Positions 38,814 through 50,999 of a stretch of DNA of 64,000 bases are shown piece after piece (positions within the stretch are counted from its first letter, which is position 1; each line of letters opens with the position of its first letter). The translations under genes and the position numbers were made by a program. The notes under the pieces were generated by a model, which saw only the letters and a list, made by a program, of their open reading frames with translations, was not told the origin of the DNA and searched no databases. This DNA comes from Octopus sinensis (lineage: Eukaryota): the NCBI RefSeq assembly GCF_006345805.1, contig NC_042999.1, positions 154,690,001-154,754,000 of the forward strand, read 5' to 3'.

Positions 38814-38856
<43 letters not shown>

Positions 38857-39002
38857 TTATATATAAGTACATATATATATATATATGTATACACACACAT
38901 ATATATATATATATGTGTATACACACTCACACTAACACACATGCAAGCACACAAGCACACACACAAACATACAAACACACCTGTATGTACAGAGTAAGAT
39001 CA

Positions 39003-39163
39003 TCACAGAGGCTGTTTTTCTTTATAACCTTTAAAACAAAAACAAAATGGTTTTGAAAATAATGCTTCAGTTTCTTCAAGTTTTTTCCCTTTCGTCTCAG
39101 GTAAGTAAATATACCAAAAGGTGAGGCCAACCAGCGTAATACAAGCCATCAGAAAATAAGAGC
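39003..39163 (-). CDS. SLC2A13: SLC2A13/HMIT-like transporter last coding exon (TM12, C-tail)
   Basis: ctctctcaacag|GC TCT ... CTG TGA; encodes (G)SYFLMACITLVGLTFWYIYLPETKGKKLEETEALFSKPFCFCFKGYKEKQPL*, with the PETKG motif. Confidence 0.95.
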
Positions 39164-39479
39164 CTGTTGAGAGAGGAAAAAGAAAAACACCAGGTGTAAT
39201 AATTGGCTGGAGAGGTGTAATATTTGTGAGAGTTAAATTATGAAAAAATCAATATTGTTTTATTGTTTTATTTGTTTCAGTCATTTGACTGCAGCCATGC
39301 TGGAGCACTGCCTTTAGTCGAGCAAATCGACCCCAGGACTTATTCTTTGTAAGCCTAGTACTTATTCTATTAGTGTCTCTTGCTGAACAGCTAAGTTATG
39401 GGGACGTAAACACAGCAGCATCAGTTGTCAAGCGACGTTGGTGGGGGACAAACACAGACACACAAACATACACACACAC

Positions 39480-39536
<57 letters not shown>

Positions 39537-40040
39537 TATATATATATGACAGGCTTATTTCAGTTTCCGTCTACAAAATCCACACTCACAAGGCTTTAGT
39601 CGGCCCGAGGCTATAGTAGAAGACACTTGCCCAAGGTGTCATGCAGTGGAACTGAACCCAGAACCACGTGGTTGGTAAGCAAGCTACTTACCACACAGCC
39701 AATCCTGCGCCTATGTCACACAACCACTCCTATATATAATTGATAATATACAAGTGTCTTTTGATCATCGATGGCAGAGGTGACGGTGACAGCGTCATCA
39801 TTATAGTCATCATCATCATTGCATAATAATGACAGATTTTAAAAGATGACTAAAATTTGACAATGGGTTCTGGTTAAGAGAGGAGGTATGAGATGAAATA
39901 ACTCTTTTGAGATTGTCATGGTGGTGATGGAATATTAAGAGCTGCCATGAAAGTCATTGAATTATTGAAAACAGTAGTAGTAGCGGAGGTGGTGTCGGCG
40001 GCGGCAGCTGCAACAGCAGGGATGGCAGAGGCGGCGGCAA

Positions 40041-40073
<33 letters not shown>

Positions 40074-41099
40074 TATACCGTTGTAGAACACAGAGCTGAC
40101 ACAGGAATCATTTGCAGAAAAACTTGACAAAATGTCAAATTTTCCAGGAATGCAAATGAATCAAGGTGATCTATAGAAGGTGATATCAATTGCTGTAAAG
40201 AAGACCTCGCTTGTGCTTGTGCCATGTAAAAAGTACTACAGACCCTGCCCGTGCCTGTGCCATTTAAAAAGCACCAAGTCCACTCTGCTGAGTGGTTGGT
40301 GTTAGGAAGGGATGTAAAAACCCTGCCAAAACAGTCTCAGAAGTCTGGTACAGGCTTCAGCCTGGCCAGATTTTGCGAAACTGTCCCACCCATGCCAACA
40401 TGGAAGGCAGACATTAAATGATGATGATGATGATATATCATCATCATTATCATCATTTAATATCCACTTTCCATGCTGGTATGGGTTGGAGGATTTGACT
40501 GAGGACTGGTGAACCAGATGGCTGCACCAGGCTCCAATCTGATCTGGCAGAGTTTCTAAAGCTGGATGTCCTTCCTAACGCCAACCACTCCGAGAGTTGA
40601 AGTGGGCTGGAAGTATAGGGTCAGCAATATCATGTAAACAGACAAGGGGCCTTGCCAGGAAGAGAGGTGCAAGGGAGGTCATCTGAGTGGAAGAATGACT
40701 AGCATGGGTGTATTTTGCTTTGGGGTTGTCACTCAGGACAGATGAGATATACTAGCAGAGCTGGGGGGTGGCGATCTGCCCTGGGCAGCACTTTTAAAGG
40801 GGCACCACTTTTGGGTCTGCTGTAGGCAATATGTGTTTTTTGTGGGGTCTTAGGGTGGCAAATGGAAGGGCCGTTCTGGGCAGCAGACACTCTAGCTAGG
40901 CTAGTGATGTGATGACAACATGAGTTGAAGGAATTTGCTCTTAGATTCTGTCCAGAAACTCTGGCGGGTACAGCTCCCTTAGATATATCTCAGCTGAAAA
41001 GGATTGGCATTATGAGAAGACCATGACGTAGGTGAATTGTGCTTTTCCCCCCATATCCCAGTTAACAAAAGATAAATGATTTACAAATGATATACATAC

Positions 41100-41252
41100 C
41101 ATATGATGTAATCTGTTCTGATAAAGTTAGGAAATTTCCTGTTAATAACCAACTAAACAACCACATAACTCCAACAACGATGCCATTGCACTGGCTACGA
41201 GCCCACATTGGATAGACTTCAGCACATATCGTCCATGGTAATGATCCTAAAC
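41100..41252 (-). CDS. SLC2A13: SLC2A13/HMIT-like transporter exon (TM10 end, TM11)
   Basis: ctttattttag|GT TTA ... TAT G|gtatgt; encodes (G)LGSLPWTICAEVYPMWARSQCNGIVVGVMWLFSWLLTGNFLTLSEQITSY, matching HMIT [20 protein letters not shown]; 153 bp; not in the ORF track. Confidence 0.95.
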
Positions 41253-41344
41253 CTAAAATAAAGAAAAAAGAAAATTCTTTTTAACACTCCGGATCCATTT
41301 TCTGTCTTACTACAGATAGTGGGACAATATATCCAAACACAATT

Positions 41345-42148
41345 GAAACAATGTATCTATGGCAAGACAGTGTAGCCAGAGTGAGATGCAATTTAGATAT
41401 GGTGAAACATAATACATTTATGATTAAGTACAGTGTATATATGGTGAGACACAGTGCATATGTTTACAAAGTGTATCTCTTGTGAGATGCAATGTATCTA
41501 CAGTGAGACAGTGTATCTATGGCAAGACAATGTATCTACAATGAGACAGTGTATCTATAGTGAAACTCAGTGTAGCTATAGTGAGACACAGCATATCTAT
41601 AGTGAGACACAGTGTATCTATTGTGAGACATAGTGTATCTATAATGAGACACAGTGTATCTATAGTGAGGCAGTGTATCTATACTGAGACAGTGTAGCTA
41701 TAGCGAGACACAGTGTATCTATAGTGAGACACAGTGTATCTATAGTGAGACAGTGTATCTATAGCGAGACACAGCATATCTACAGTGGGACAGTGTATCT
41801 ATAGTGAGACACAGCATATCTATAGTGAGACAGTGTATCTATAGCAAGACATATCTGTTGTGGGACACAGTGTATCTTTAATGAGACAGTATATCTATAG
41901 TAAGACAGTGTATTTATAGTGACACAGTGTATCTACAGTGAGACAGTGTATCTATAGTGAGACAGTGTATATATAGTGAGGTACAGAGTAGCTGTAGTGA
42001 GACACAGTGTATCTATAGTGAAACAGGATATCTAGAGTGAGATAATGTATCTATAATGAGACACAGCATATCAATAGTGAGACAGTGTATCTATTGTGAG
42101 ATAGTGTATATTTAGTGAGACAGTGTAACTACAGTGAGATAGTGTATC
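41345..42148. repeat. 19/21-bp minisatellite filling most of a 925-bp SLC2A13 intron
   Basis: Roughly 35-40 copies of (ca)cagtgtatctatagtgaga. Confidence 0.9.
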
Positions 42149-42177
42149 GCACTGATTATAATTGAAAATTCACTTAC

Positions 42178-42428
42178 CTGATGCAAAACATGCAATATAT
42201 AACACTTGACCAACTAATATCCAGAATATCAGATTGGAAGGGCAAACATTGTGTGCCCATGCTAATAATGAGTTCTGATTCGTGGAGGAGGAAGCATTGC
42301 AACGACCAGTTGCTACTGATGGCGTTTCCTGAGAGACTGGAAGACAAGAGCCATTGATGACTTCCAGAGACGGTCCATTCACATAGCAGAAGCCACACTG
42401 TCGGTCTGCGACACAATCTAAACAAGAC
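42178..42428 (-). CDS. SLC2A13: SLC2A13/HMIT-like transporter exon (Cys-rich loop 9-10, TM10)
   Basis: tttatgttgcag|G TCT TGT ... TCA G|gtaagt; encodes SCLDCVADRQCGFCYVNGPSLEVINGSCLPV...GRCNAS...WAHNVCPSNLIFWILVGQVLYIACFAS. The CxxC..CGFC..C..GRC..CP pattern is diagnostic of HMIT among GLUT-family proteins; 251 bp. Confidence 0.95.
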
Positions 42429-43019
42429 CTGCAACATAAAATTGAATCAGTTCTGTAGGTCTTAACAAACAGCTTAAAGATGTGATGAGAAAGTGGGGAG
42501 ACTAAAGGAGTAGATGGAGATGAAGAATATGTTATTGTTGTTACTGTTGTGAAGGTGTGGACTTAGTGGTTTGGGCATTTGACTCGTGATTGTAAGGATA
42601 TGAGTTTGATTCCTGAGAGCATGTTATGGCCTTTGTTGTTATTAAGCTGGTGTTTTGAACATAAATTAACATAAAATTTTGATGGAAGGTTTTAATTTAG
42701 ATCACTTTAAACCCTTTTGTCACCGTATTTCTAGGTGTTTGTGTGACTGTGTGGTAGGAAGCTTGCTTCCCAACTACATGGTCCTGTGTTCAGTCCCACT
42801 ATGTGGCACTTTGGCCAAGTGATTTTTACTATATGCTGTGCATGAGAGACATACTTTGCAATCCTCAGTTGGAGACAGTATTTAACATCAATTCCTAAAA
42901 TATTCATTATGTCAACTCGTGTGTGTTTCTAACTTTAAACGTCCCACTCCGTTTAAAGAGAAAACTATAATAAACTACAAAGTCTAGACAGATATCTTCA
43001 GCTAGCAGGCCTCTGCTAC

Positions 43020-43066
43020 TCTAGACTGATGATGGGCAAAGACCCAGAAACATGCATGTCTCTAGA
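43020..43066 (+). ncRNA. Minimal type I hammerhead ribozyme motif (canonical core, GUC cleavage triplet)
   Basis: TCTAGA-CTGATGA-TGGG(caaaga)CCCA-GAAA-C(ATGCAT)G-TC-TCTAGA. Stem I 6 bp, stem II 4 bp, stem III with a palindromic insert. Predicted cleavage after C43060. Confidence 0.85.
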
Positions 43067-43567
43067 TGCAGGCCTAGCTGTTAGGAGTGTTTGTCTCCCC
43101 TTCGTAAATATATAAGGATACAGGAAATGTGTCAAGGCCGACAGGAAGCTTCGATGCTTCCTAGGGCTAAACAGCGGTGGTGTAATTCCCTTACAGGACT
43201 GTCATGTTAAGTTGACAGTATACAACCACTCTATCGCTCCACCACCGTACATATCTCTATGAGCTATTTAGAAATTTAATATTTCTGATTATAATAAACA
43301 ATAAAAAAGTAAATATGTGAAGTATTATTACTGTTAGAAACAGTAATAATGAGGTGGCTAGCAAGACTTCTACTCAAACAGGTATAAAATATTTAAAGAA
43401 AAGAAGGGTAAAGATACCGCTTGCTTAAAAATGAAAGTGAAAGGTTAAAAAAACCCACCAATTCTATGATAAATACACACATGAGCTTTAATTTTTTTAA
43501 TTTTTTACTTGCTATACCTCAAAATATACCTCAGAAGTAATTTTTCTTTGGACATATTAATACTTAC

Positions 43568-43682
43568 CTATGTTTTATACAGAGTGAACTGTTTGCTACA
43601 TCTTCAAAAACGGTAACAGGGTAGCTCTGATTCTCAATTGTCAAGTAGACTATTCCCATAAAGAGTAATGATATAATAACAC
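43568..43682 (-). CDS. SLC2A13: SLC2A13/HMIT-like transporter exon (TM9, start of large extracellular loop)
   Basis: tctttctctag|GT GTT ... CAT AG|gtaagt; encodes (G)VIISLLFMGIVYLTIENQSYPVTVFEDVANSSLCIKH(R). Not in the ORF track. Phases fit both neighbouring exons; 115 bp. Confidence 0.88.
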
Positions 43683-43874
43683 CTAGAGAAAGAATCAAGA
43701 ATTCCAGGTTTTGGGAAATACTTTAACATCATTGAAATTGTTTAGTATAAGCTGAAGCATTTAATGAAGAGCCTTGAATCGAGTTTGGAACAAAAGGTGA
43801 GAGAATATGTGAGGAACATGAGGGCAGAATGCAGAGTATGAAGGAAATTAGAGGTAATATTTATTTTTTAATTA

Positions 43875-44123
43875 TGGCACATAAAATACACCAATCCGAC
43901 CGTGGCCGTTGCAAGCCTCGCCTGGCACCTGTGCAGGTGGCACGTAAAAAGCACCCACTACACTCGCGGAGTGGTTGGCGTTAGGAAGGGCATCCAGCTG
44001 TAGAAACATTGCCAGATAAGACTGGAGCCTGGTGCAGCCTTCTGGCTTCCCAGATCCCCGGTCGAACCGTCCAACCCATGCTAGCATGGAGAACGGACGT
44101 TAAACGATGATGATGATGATGAT
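43875..44123 (+). mobile_element. Representative 5'-truncated RTE 3' end with (GAT)n tail. Near-identical copy at 1-200; further copies near 4730, 13400, 14620, 19760, 23830, 28880, 30780, 45470, 46770, 48690, 56540.
   Basis: Same sequence as the 3'UTR of the 20820-23815 element (gcacccactacact...ggatgccc...ggacgttaaacgatgatg). Confidence 0.85.
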
Positions 44124-44869
44124 GGCACAAGCCATACTGGGGGTGGGGATATAATTTCTGAGATAGTGGTAATGTCACTCTGACTGGACAGGTTTCTGCT
44201 TTCCAGGAATACAGAAACAAACATTGAGGTTGAACTAAGAGTGCCCTGAGAGGGCAGACTCAATATTTCCCTCCAGTTAAAGACATCAGACTATCAGGAC
44301 ATAGTCGATGAGGCATTTGTCAAGGGATGGCATGTGGCCTCCTCATTCCCCTTTGTAGTTGGCTTCCATGGCCTTCCATCTAGATCAGTATGCTATTTCC
44401 TGCAGAAAATAGGTCTGGAACCCAGACAACTAAAGAAAGCCACCAATAAAATAAGCAGGGCAGTTGAAACTAGCACAAGATGACTATGTTGATAAGAGAT
44501 TGCAAGTGAGTCCCAGACAGAGAGAATTCCATTTTTATTAATATAGAAGTATTCTATATACAGATTTTAATTTTTGGGCACAAGGCCAGCAATTTCAGGA
44601 GCAAGGGTAATGCTAGCATAGAAAAAGGACATTAAATGATGATGACGACGACGACAACAATGATGATGCTGATGATGATGATGATGATAACAAAGAATTT
44701 GGTAAAATAACTTAATTATCATTAAGCCAGTATTAGGAAAATAAATTGTGACTACGGTTTGGTGGAAGTTTTTAATTCAGAACTTTTGAAAACAAGACAT
44801 TTGTATTACAGGGCCAGAGGCAGTTTCAGTCAGGTTGATATCAAAAGGGTTAAATTAATCATTTGTTAA

Positions 44870-45079
44870 CCCTTTTGTTACCATATTTCTGTTGAGATGC
44901 TCTGTGTTTCTTTCAATTAATTTTAAATATAACAAAGAATTTAGTAAAATAACTTAGTTATCATTAAGCTAGTGTTAGGAACATAAATTGTGACTAAGAT
45001 TTTAATTCAAAACTTATGAAAACAAGTCATTTGTACTACAGAGCCTGAAACTGTTTCAACTGGCTTGGTATCAAAAGGG
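44870..45079 (+). mobile_element. piggyBac-type MITE (210 bp); partial second copy at ~44690-44849
   Basis: TTAA|CCCTTTTGTTACC ... GGTATCAAAAGGG|TTAA. The upstream partial copy also ends AAAAGGG|TTAA. A related partial copy lies at ~26890-27046 in the opposite orientation. Confidence 0.8.
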
Positions 45080-48021
45080 TTAACTGGACCTTAACATATT
45101 AATTATATAATATCTATTGTCAACCAGATAAGATAGCAATTCGAGTATATAAGTTGTCTGTTGATACAACTGTCAGTGTAAACAATTCTTCTGGGTTAGG
45201 AAATGTTTATTTACATTCTATACTTGTTTTGTTTTTACTAAATTCTTTTATTTTTTTACTTGGTTCAATTATTTGACTGCAACAATGCTGAAGCACCGGA
45301 TTTAGTCAAACAAATCAACCCCAGGACTTATTCTGTGTAAGCCTAGTACTTATTCTGTCAGTCTCTTTTGCCGAACCACTAAATTATGGACACGTAAACA
45401 CACTAACATCGGTTATTAAGCAATGATGGGAGGACAAACAAACACACAAATACATACATACATACATCATCATCGTTTAACATCTGCTTTCCATGCTGGC
45501 ATGGGTTGGATGATTCGTGTGAGGACTGGCAAACCGGGAGGCTGCACCAGGCTCCAATCTGATTTGACAAGGTTTCTACAGTTGGATGCCCTTCTTAATG
45601 CCAACCACTCAGAGAGTGTAGTGGGTGCTTTTTATATGCCACTGGCATGGGAGCCAGTCAGGCGGCACTGGCATTGACCATGCTCAAATGGTGCTTTTTA
45701 CATGCCACCAGCACAGGTGCCAGTCAGACAGCACTGACGATGAGCTTCTTTCAGTTTCTTATTTCTTTATTGCCCACAAGGGGCTAAACATAGAGGGGAC
45801 AAACAAGGACATTAAGTCGATTACATCGACCCCAGTGTGCAACTGGTACTTAATGTTTTGCCCCACCAAAAGGATGAAAGGCAAAGTCAACCTCGGCAGA
45901 ATTTGAACTCAGAACATAACGGCAGACGAAATACCACTAAGCATTTCGCCCAGCGTGCTAACGTTACTGCCATGATGATGATGAGGAGGAGGAGGAGGGG
46001 ACAATGATGACAGTATGTGATTTTAGTGGAATTTAGCAGCTATGTTTGACACACAGCTTGCTACATTTGACATGTGGCTTGATTAGAAAAACGTGAAAAT
46101 GTTTGATAAAGATTTATATCTTAGTCAAGAGCCCTTGAGAAAGGACTTGTTCAGAGCTCAAGGAAATACACATATATATGTGGAAGCTTATTCAATTAAC
46201 ATCAACAGTAGTGATGATTAGATAAAGGACTAAAAGGACTAACTCACAAGTACAAGAGGTGCCTCTTGTATTCAAGTATTACATAAGATTACTATTATAA
46301 TACAACAGACACTATGTTTTTACTAAGTCACTGAACAATATTGAGGTATTGGGGGTTATTTAGAGGAGTGGGAGATTGTTAGAAACTGGGGCAAACTGTA
46401 TCACTGTAGATAAGACCATTTTTGTTTATTGAAATAATATAATTATACTATTAGCTCTACTTTAAATTTGTGGAGATATTTCAGATGTGGTTTCAATAAT
46501 TCTATCTTCATAAAAATGGGATTGGATATTGTAGTTGTGATACCTGTGCCGGTGGCACGTAGGGCCTCACAGAGGAAATGACGAAGACCGAGACCTTTGA
46601 GATATGCTGTGACTGTGAAGACCTGACAAATGAAGTGAATTCATGGCTCGCAGGATGGCCTGCTGTGCTAACCTTGGATCGTAGAGTGACCCGCTGTTCT
46701 TGAGGAGACCTATTGAGTCAAGTACGTTAACACCAACATCAAAATGAAAATCAAATGGAAATTGCAGTTAAGATACCCGTGCCGGTGACACGTTAAAAGC
46801 ACCATCCGAACGTGGCAGATGCCAGTGCCACCTGACTGGCATCCGTGTTGGTGACACGTAAAAGCACCAACTGTTCGTGGCCATTTGCCAGCCTGTTCTG
46901 GCCCCTGTGCCGGTAGCACGTAAAAAGCATCCACTACACTCATGGAGTGGTTGGTGTTAGGGAGGGCATCCAGATGTAGAAACACTGCCAGATCAGACTG
47001 GAGCCTGGTGCAGCCTCCTCGCTTCCCAGACCCTGGTCGAACCGTCCAACCCGTGTTAGCACGGAAAACAGACGTTAAACTATGATGATGATGATGATGA
47101 TATCTATTTAACCTTATAGAGAATTGTATTTAGTGCATGAAGTACCATGTAAAAGCACCCAGAACACTCTGTAAAGTGGTTGGCATTAGGAAGGGCAGAA
47201 CATAAGGATGGGTGAAATGCTACAAAGAATTCTGCCTGGTGTGCTGATGATTATGTCAGTTCACTGTCTGAAAGCTAGAAATAATATTATCTTTGAAGAA
47301 ACATTGATATATCCTAATTCTATAATTTTCCACATACTTTGAACTGCTGTGAAAGAATGAAAAATAGGAAAGACATGAAGGGGAGTTCATATATAGCAGG
47401 GCTAATGATAGAATCCCAAAAGGAAGAATAATCCTTTCTACTATCGGCACAAGGCCTGAAATTTGTGGGGGAAGGGGCCAGTCGATTAGATCAACCCCAG
47501 TATGCAACAGGTACTTAATTTATTGACCCCAGAAAGGATGTAAGGCAAAGTTGACCTCGGTGGAATTTGAACTCAGAATAGAGTAGAGTAGGGTAGGTTT
47601 GAGTTATGGATCACAAGTGTGACTGTAATAAGAAGTGTTTCCCAATTGTATGGTTTTGGGTTCTGTCCCACTGCATGGCATCTTGAGTTTGGGTCTTCTA
47701 CTATAGCTCCAAGCTGACCAAATCCTTGTGGATAAATTTGATTGACGTAAGTGGAAAAGCCCATTGCATGCACGTGTGTGTGTGTGAGTGTGTGTGTGTC
47801 TATGCATGTGTGTTATTATCTCCTTGCTTTTGACATCATGTAAGAGCTGGCAGCAGGAAGGGTATCTTCCCATAGAAAATCCATAACAAATTCTGTCCAA
47901 CCAATGCTAGCATGTAAAGTGGACATTAAAACAATGGTGCAATAATGATGGTGATTTTGATGATAATGATGATGGTGGTGCTGGTGGTGGTGACAATGAA
48001 AAAATAAGAAGAACAGCTCAC

Positions 48022-48182
48022 CTAAAGTTGAGAAGAAAAGTAATTTACGTCGTCCAATTCGTTCTATCAGGTAAAGACCAACAAACGAGAAAAGGAAGTT
48101 TGCAAACATTGGTATAGAAGATAACCATAATGCAATCGAGTCGTCTTTTATTTGAGACTTTATAAATATACCACTGTAGAAC
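48022..48182 (-). CDS. SLC2A13: SLC2A13/HMIT-like transporter exon (TM8, loop 8-9)
   Basis: ttttgacag|G TTC TAC ... TTA G|gtgag; encodes FYSGIFIKSQIKDDSIALWLSSIPMFANFLFSFVGLYLIERIGRRKLLFFSTL, with the (E/D)RxGRR sugar-porter motif; 161 bp. Confidence 0.93.
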
Positions 48183-48392
48183 CTGTCAAAAAAACAAAAA
48201 TTCTTTGAATACATACATTCTATATTTACTGAATTTCAAGAGTACATAACCAAGGTACAGTGTGATTAAGGGAGAGGTAAAAGTGTAAACCACAGCACAG
48301 ACCCAAGCCACACAAAGCTGTGCTCAGTAGTGCAGTGAAAGCACATGATAAAAATAATACCACTGAATAGTAATAATAATAATAATAATAAC

Positions 48393-48448
<56 letters not shown>

Positions 48449-50056
48449 GGGACCTTTTGAGCAGGATGGGTAACTCGACCTGAAGAAAATTCTAACTGGG
48501 CCCCACCTTGCAAGGTCATGCGCTGTTAATCTTGATACGAGATCACTATGTTGCACACATATAGTTGTGATGCATGAGCCTGGTGTACCCTTATCAGACG
48601 GGTAGTTGTGATGGGTATATTGGGCTTCATATATTTGTACCACAGTGTCACTTTGATGGTATATGCTGCTCTCATCATCATCATCATCATCGTTTAACGT
48701 CTGCTTTCCATGCCAGCTTGGGTTGGACGATTTGACTGAGGACTGGCAAACCAGATGGCTGCACCAGGCTCCAATCTTGATCTGGCAGAGTTTCTACAGC
48801 TGGATGCCCTTCCTAATGCCAACCATTCCAAGAGTGTAGTGGGTGCTTTTACGTGTCAGATGCATGAGGGCCAGTCAGGCGGTACTGGCAATGGCTACAC
48901 TCAAATGGTGTTTTTGATGTGCCACCTGCACAGGAGCCAGTCCAGTGGCACTGGCAACAACCTTGCTCAAATGTTTTTTCACATGCCACCAGCACAAGTG
49001 CCAGTAAGGCGATGCTGGTAACGATCATGCTTGAATGGTACTTTTTACATGCCACTGACACGGAAGCCAGTTGGCTGCTCTGGCAACGATCATGCTTGAA
49101 TGGTACTCTTAGCACTCCACTAGCATGGATGCCAGTCATCAAATTTGATTTTGATTTCAATTTCACTTTCCTCAACAGGTCTGTTATGGAATTCCATTTT
49201 CAAATGATGGCATCAGTCTGACATGATTTGATGCTCTGCAGAGCTGTGTCAAGCTCCACTTCTGCTTTGGCCTGGTTTCTATAGCTGGATAACCTTCCTA
49301 ATACCAACCACTTTACAGTAGGATCCAGGTGATTTTTTTGTTGAGAACTTGCAAGACATAATAAAGAAAGAAAAGGAAAAAGTGACTTCATTAGGAAGGG
49401 CATCAAGCTGTAGAAACTCTGACAGATCAAGAGTGTATTTGAGAGTGTGGGAGATAGCTTATTCCAGGTGTTGAAGGCTGAAGTATGAAAAAAGGTCAAG
49501 CACAGGTGTCTGGCTATAGAAGAGATGCATGGCTACACTACATTATGAAGGTAGAGGAAAGCAGCTGGAAGGAAGATAAAGATGGTAGTGACAGGATACC
49601 AGAGTGCTGGTGGGGGACAAACACATACACATATGATGAGGTTCTTTTCAGTTTTTGTCTACCAGATCCACTCATAAGACTTTGGTCAGGCTGAGGCTAT
49701 GATAGAAAACACTTGCTCAAGGTGCCACACAGTGTGTTCACTATTTTCAATCGACCGATAGACTGATTGAGCAAACTGAACCATAAATACACCCAACATG
49801 CATATCGAAACCAGCTGTACATCAACAATAAAGTCCATTATTTATGTCTTTCCTTATACATCATCATGGAAAAAGATCAGATTAACTTTGTAATGCAGCC
49901 TTGGATTTACAAAGTCAACTGGTGATGGACTTCCACTTTGGATATTGCCTTATAATTTCCTGGAGTAAATAATCAATTACAAAACAGTTTGTTTGCCTGG
50001 AGCATCACTATCAGCAGAGAGTTTAAGAAGTTATTCTGTCCAGATTGACAATCCCT

Positions 50057-50117
<61 letters not shown>

Positions 50118-50143
50118 GTAATAATAATAATAATAATACTTAC

Positions 50144-50261
50144 ATAACGACATTGATACCAGATAACTGTGCAATAATGTGCAAGGAACAACAAACAAGG
50201 AGTGCCCGCCAAACGCAGGGAGTTTTTACAATCCTCTTCCAAACATGAAACATAGACATTT
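50144..50261 (-). CDS. SLC2A13: SLC2A13/HMIT-like transporter exon (TM7)
   Basis: tttttacag|AA ATG ... GTT AT|gtaagt; encodes MSMFHVWKRIVKTPCVWRALLVCCSLHIIAQLSGINVV(M), matching the sugar-porter QQLSGIN region; 118 bp. Confidence 0.9.
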
Positions 50262-50752
50262 CTGTAAAAAAATATAAGCGTTAGGCTTGATTATTTTACT
50301 ATATTTTTCATAGGGAATTTATTGAAAACAAACAGCATACAAAACAGTTTAGTAGAGGTTAACATAGTTAATGTCGTGTGATGCCCTTATCAAAGAATAT
50401 TTAATCAATTAAAATTACATCAGTTTGAAAAGTGTTAATGATAATTCATGATACAAAAGTCAAGGGAGACAACTCCTTTTGAATCATTGCATTAAATGTG
50501 TTAACCCATACTTAACTCTATACTTTTAATGCAGAGGACATCCGTGGCAAATTTTTTTGCATGTTAGTATACAACAACATTATTCATCAAAGAGGCACTT
50601 GGTCCCCCACCCCTCACCCTAGATGGAATTTTCTAACCTGAAGGAAAGAAGCTTTGATTTGCAGGGTAAGGAATGGTGCAGGAAATGGATTTCATATGAA
50701 ATATCTCAATTTCTACATTAGAACATTTTTCTTTTATTAGATAGTCATGCAC

Positions 50753-50818
<66 letters not shown>

Positions 50819-50999
50819 ACACACACACACACGCACACACTCACACACATGTATATACATACATTATATACATATTATACACGTGTGTACCTTTAAAATA
50901 GTTCTCAGAGAAATTTAACGTGACATAATGTGACAAGGGCAACCCTTCGGAATTACCGGTATAACTTATTTTTAACTGAAGAATGGACAGCTGAACAGG

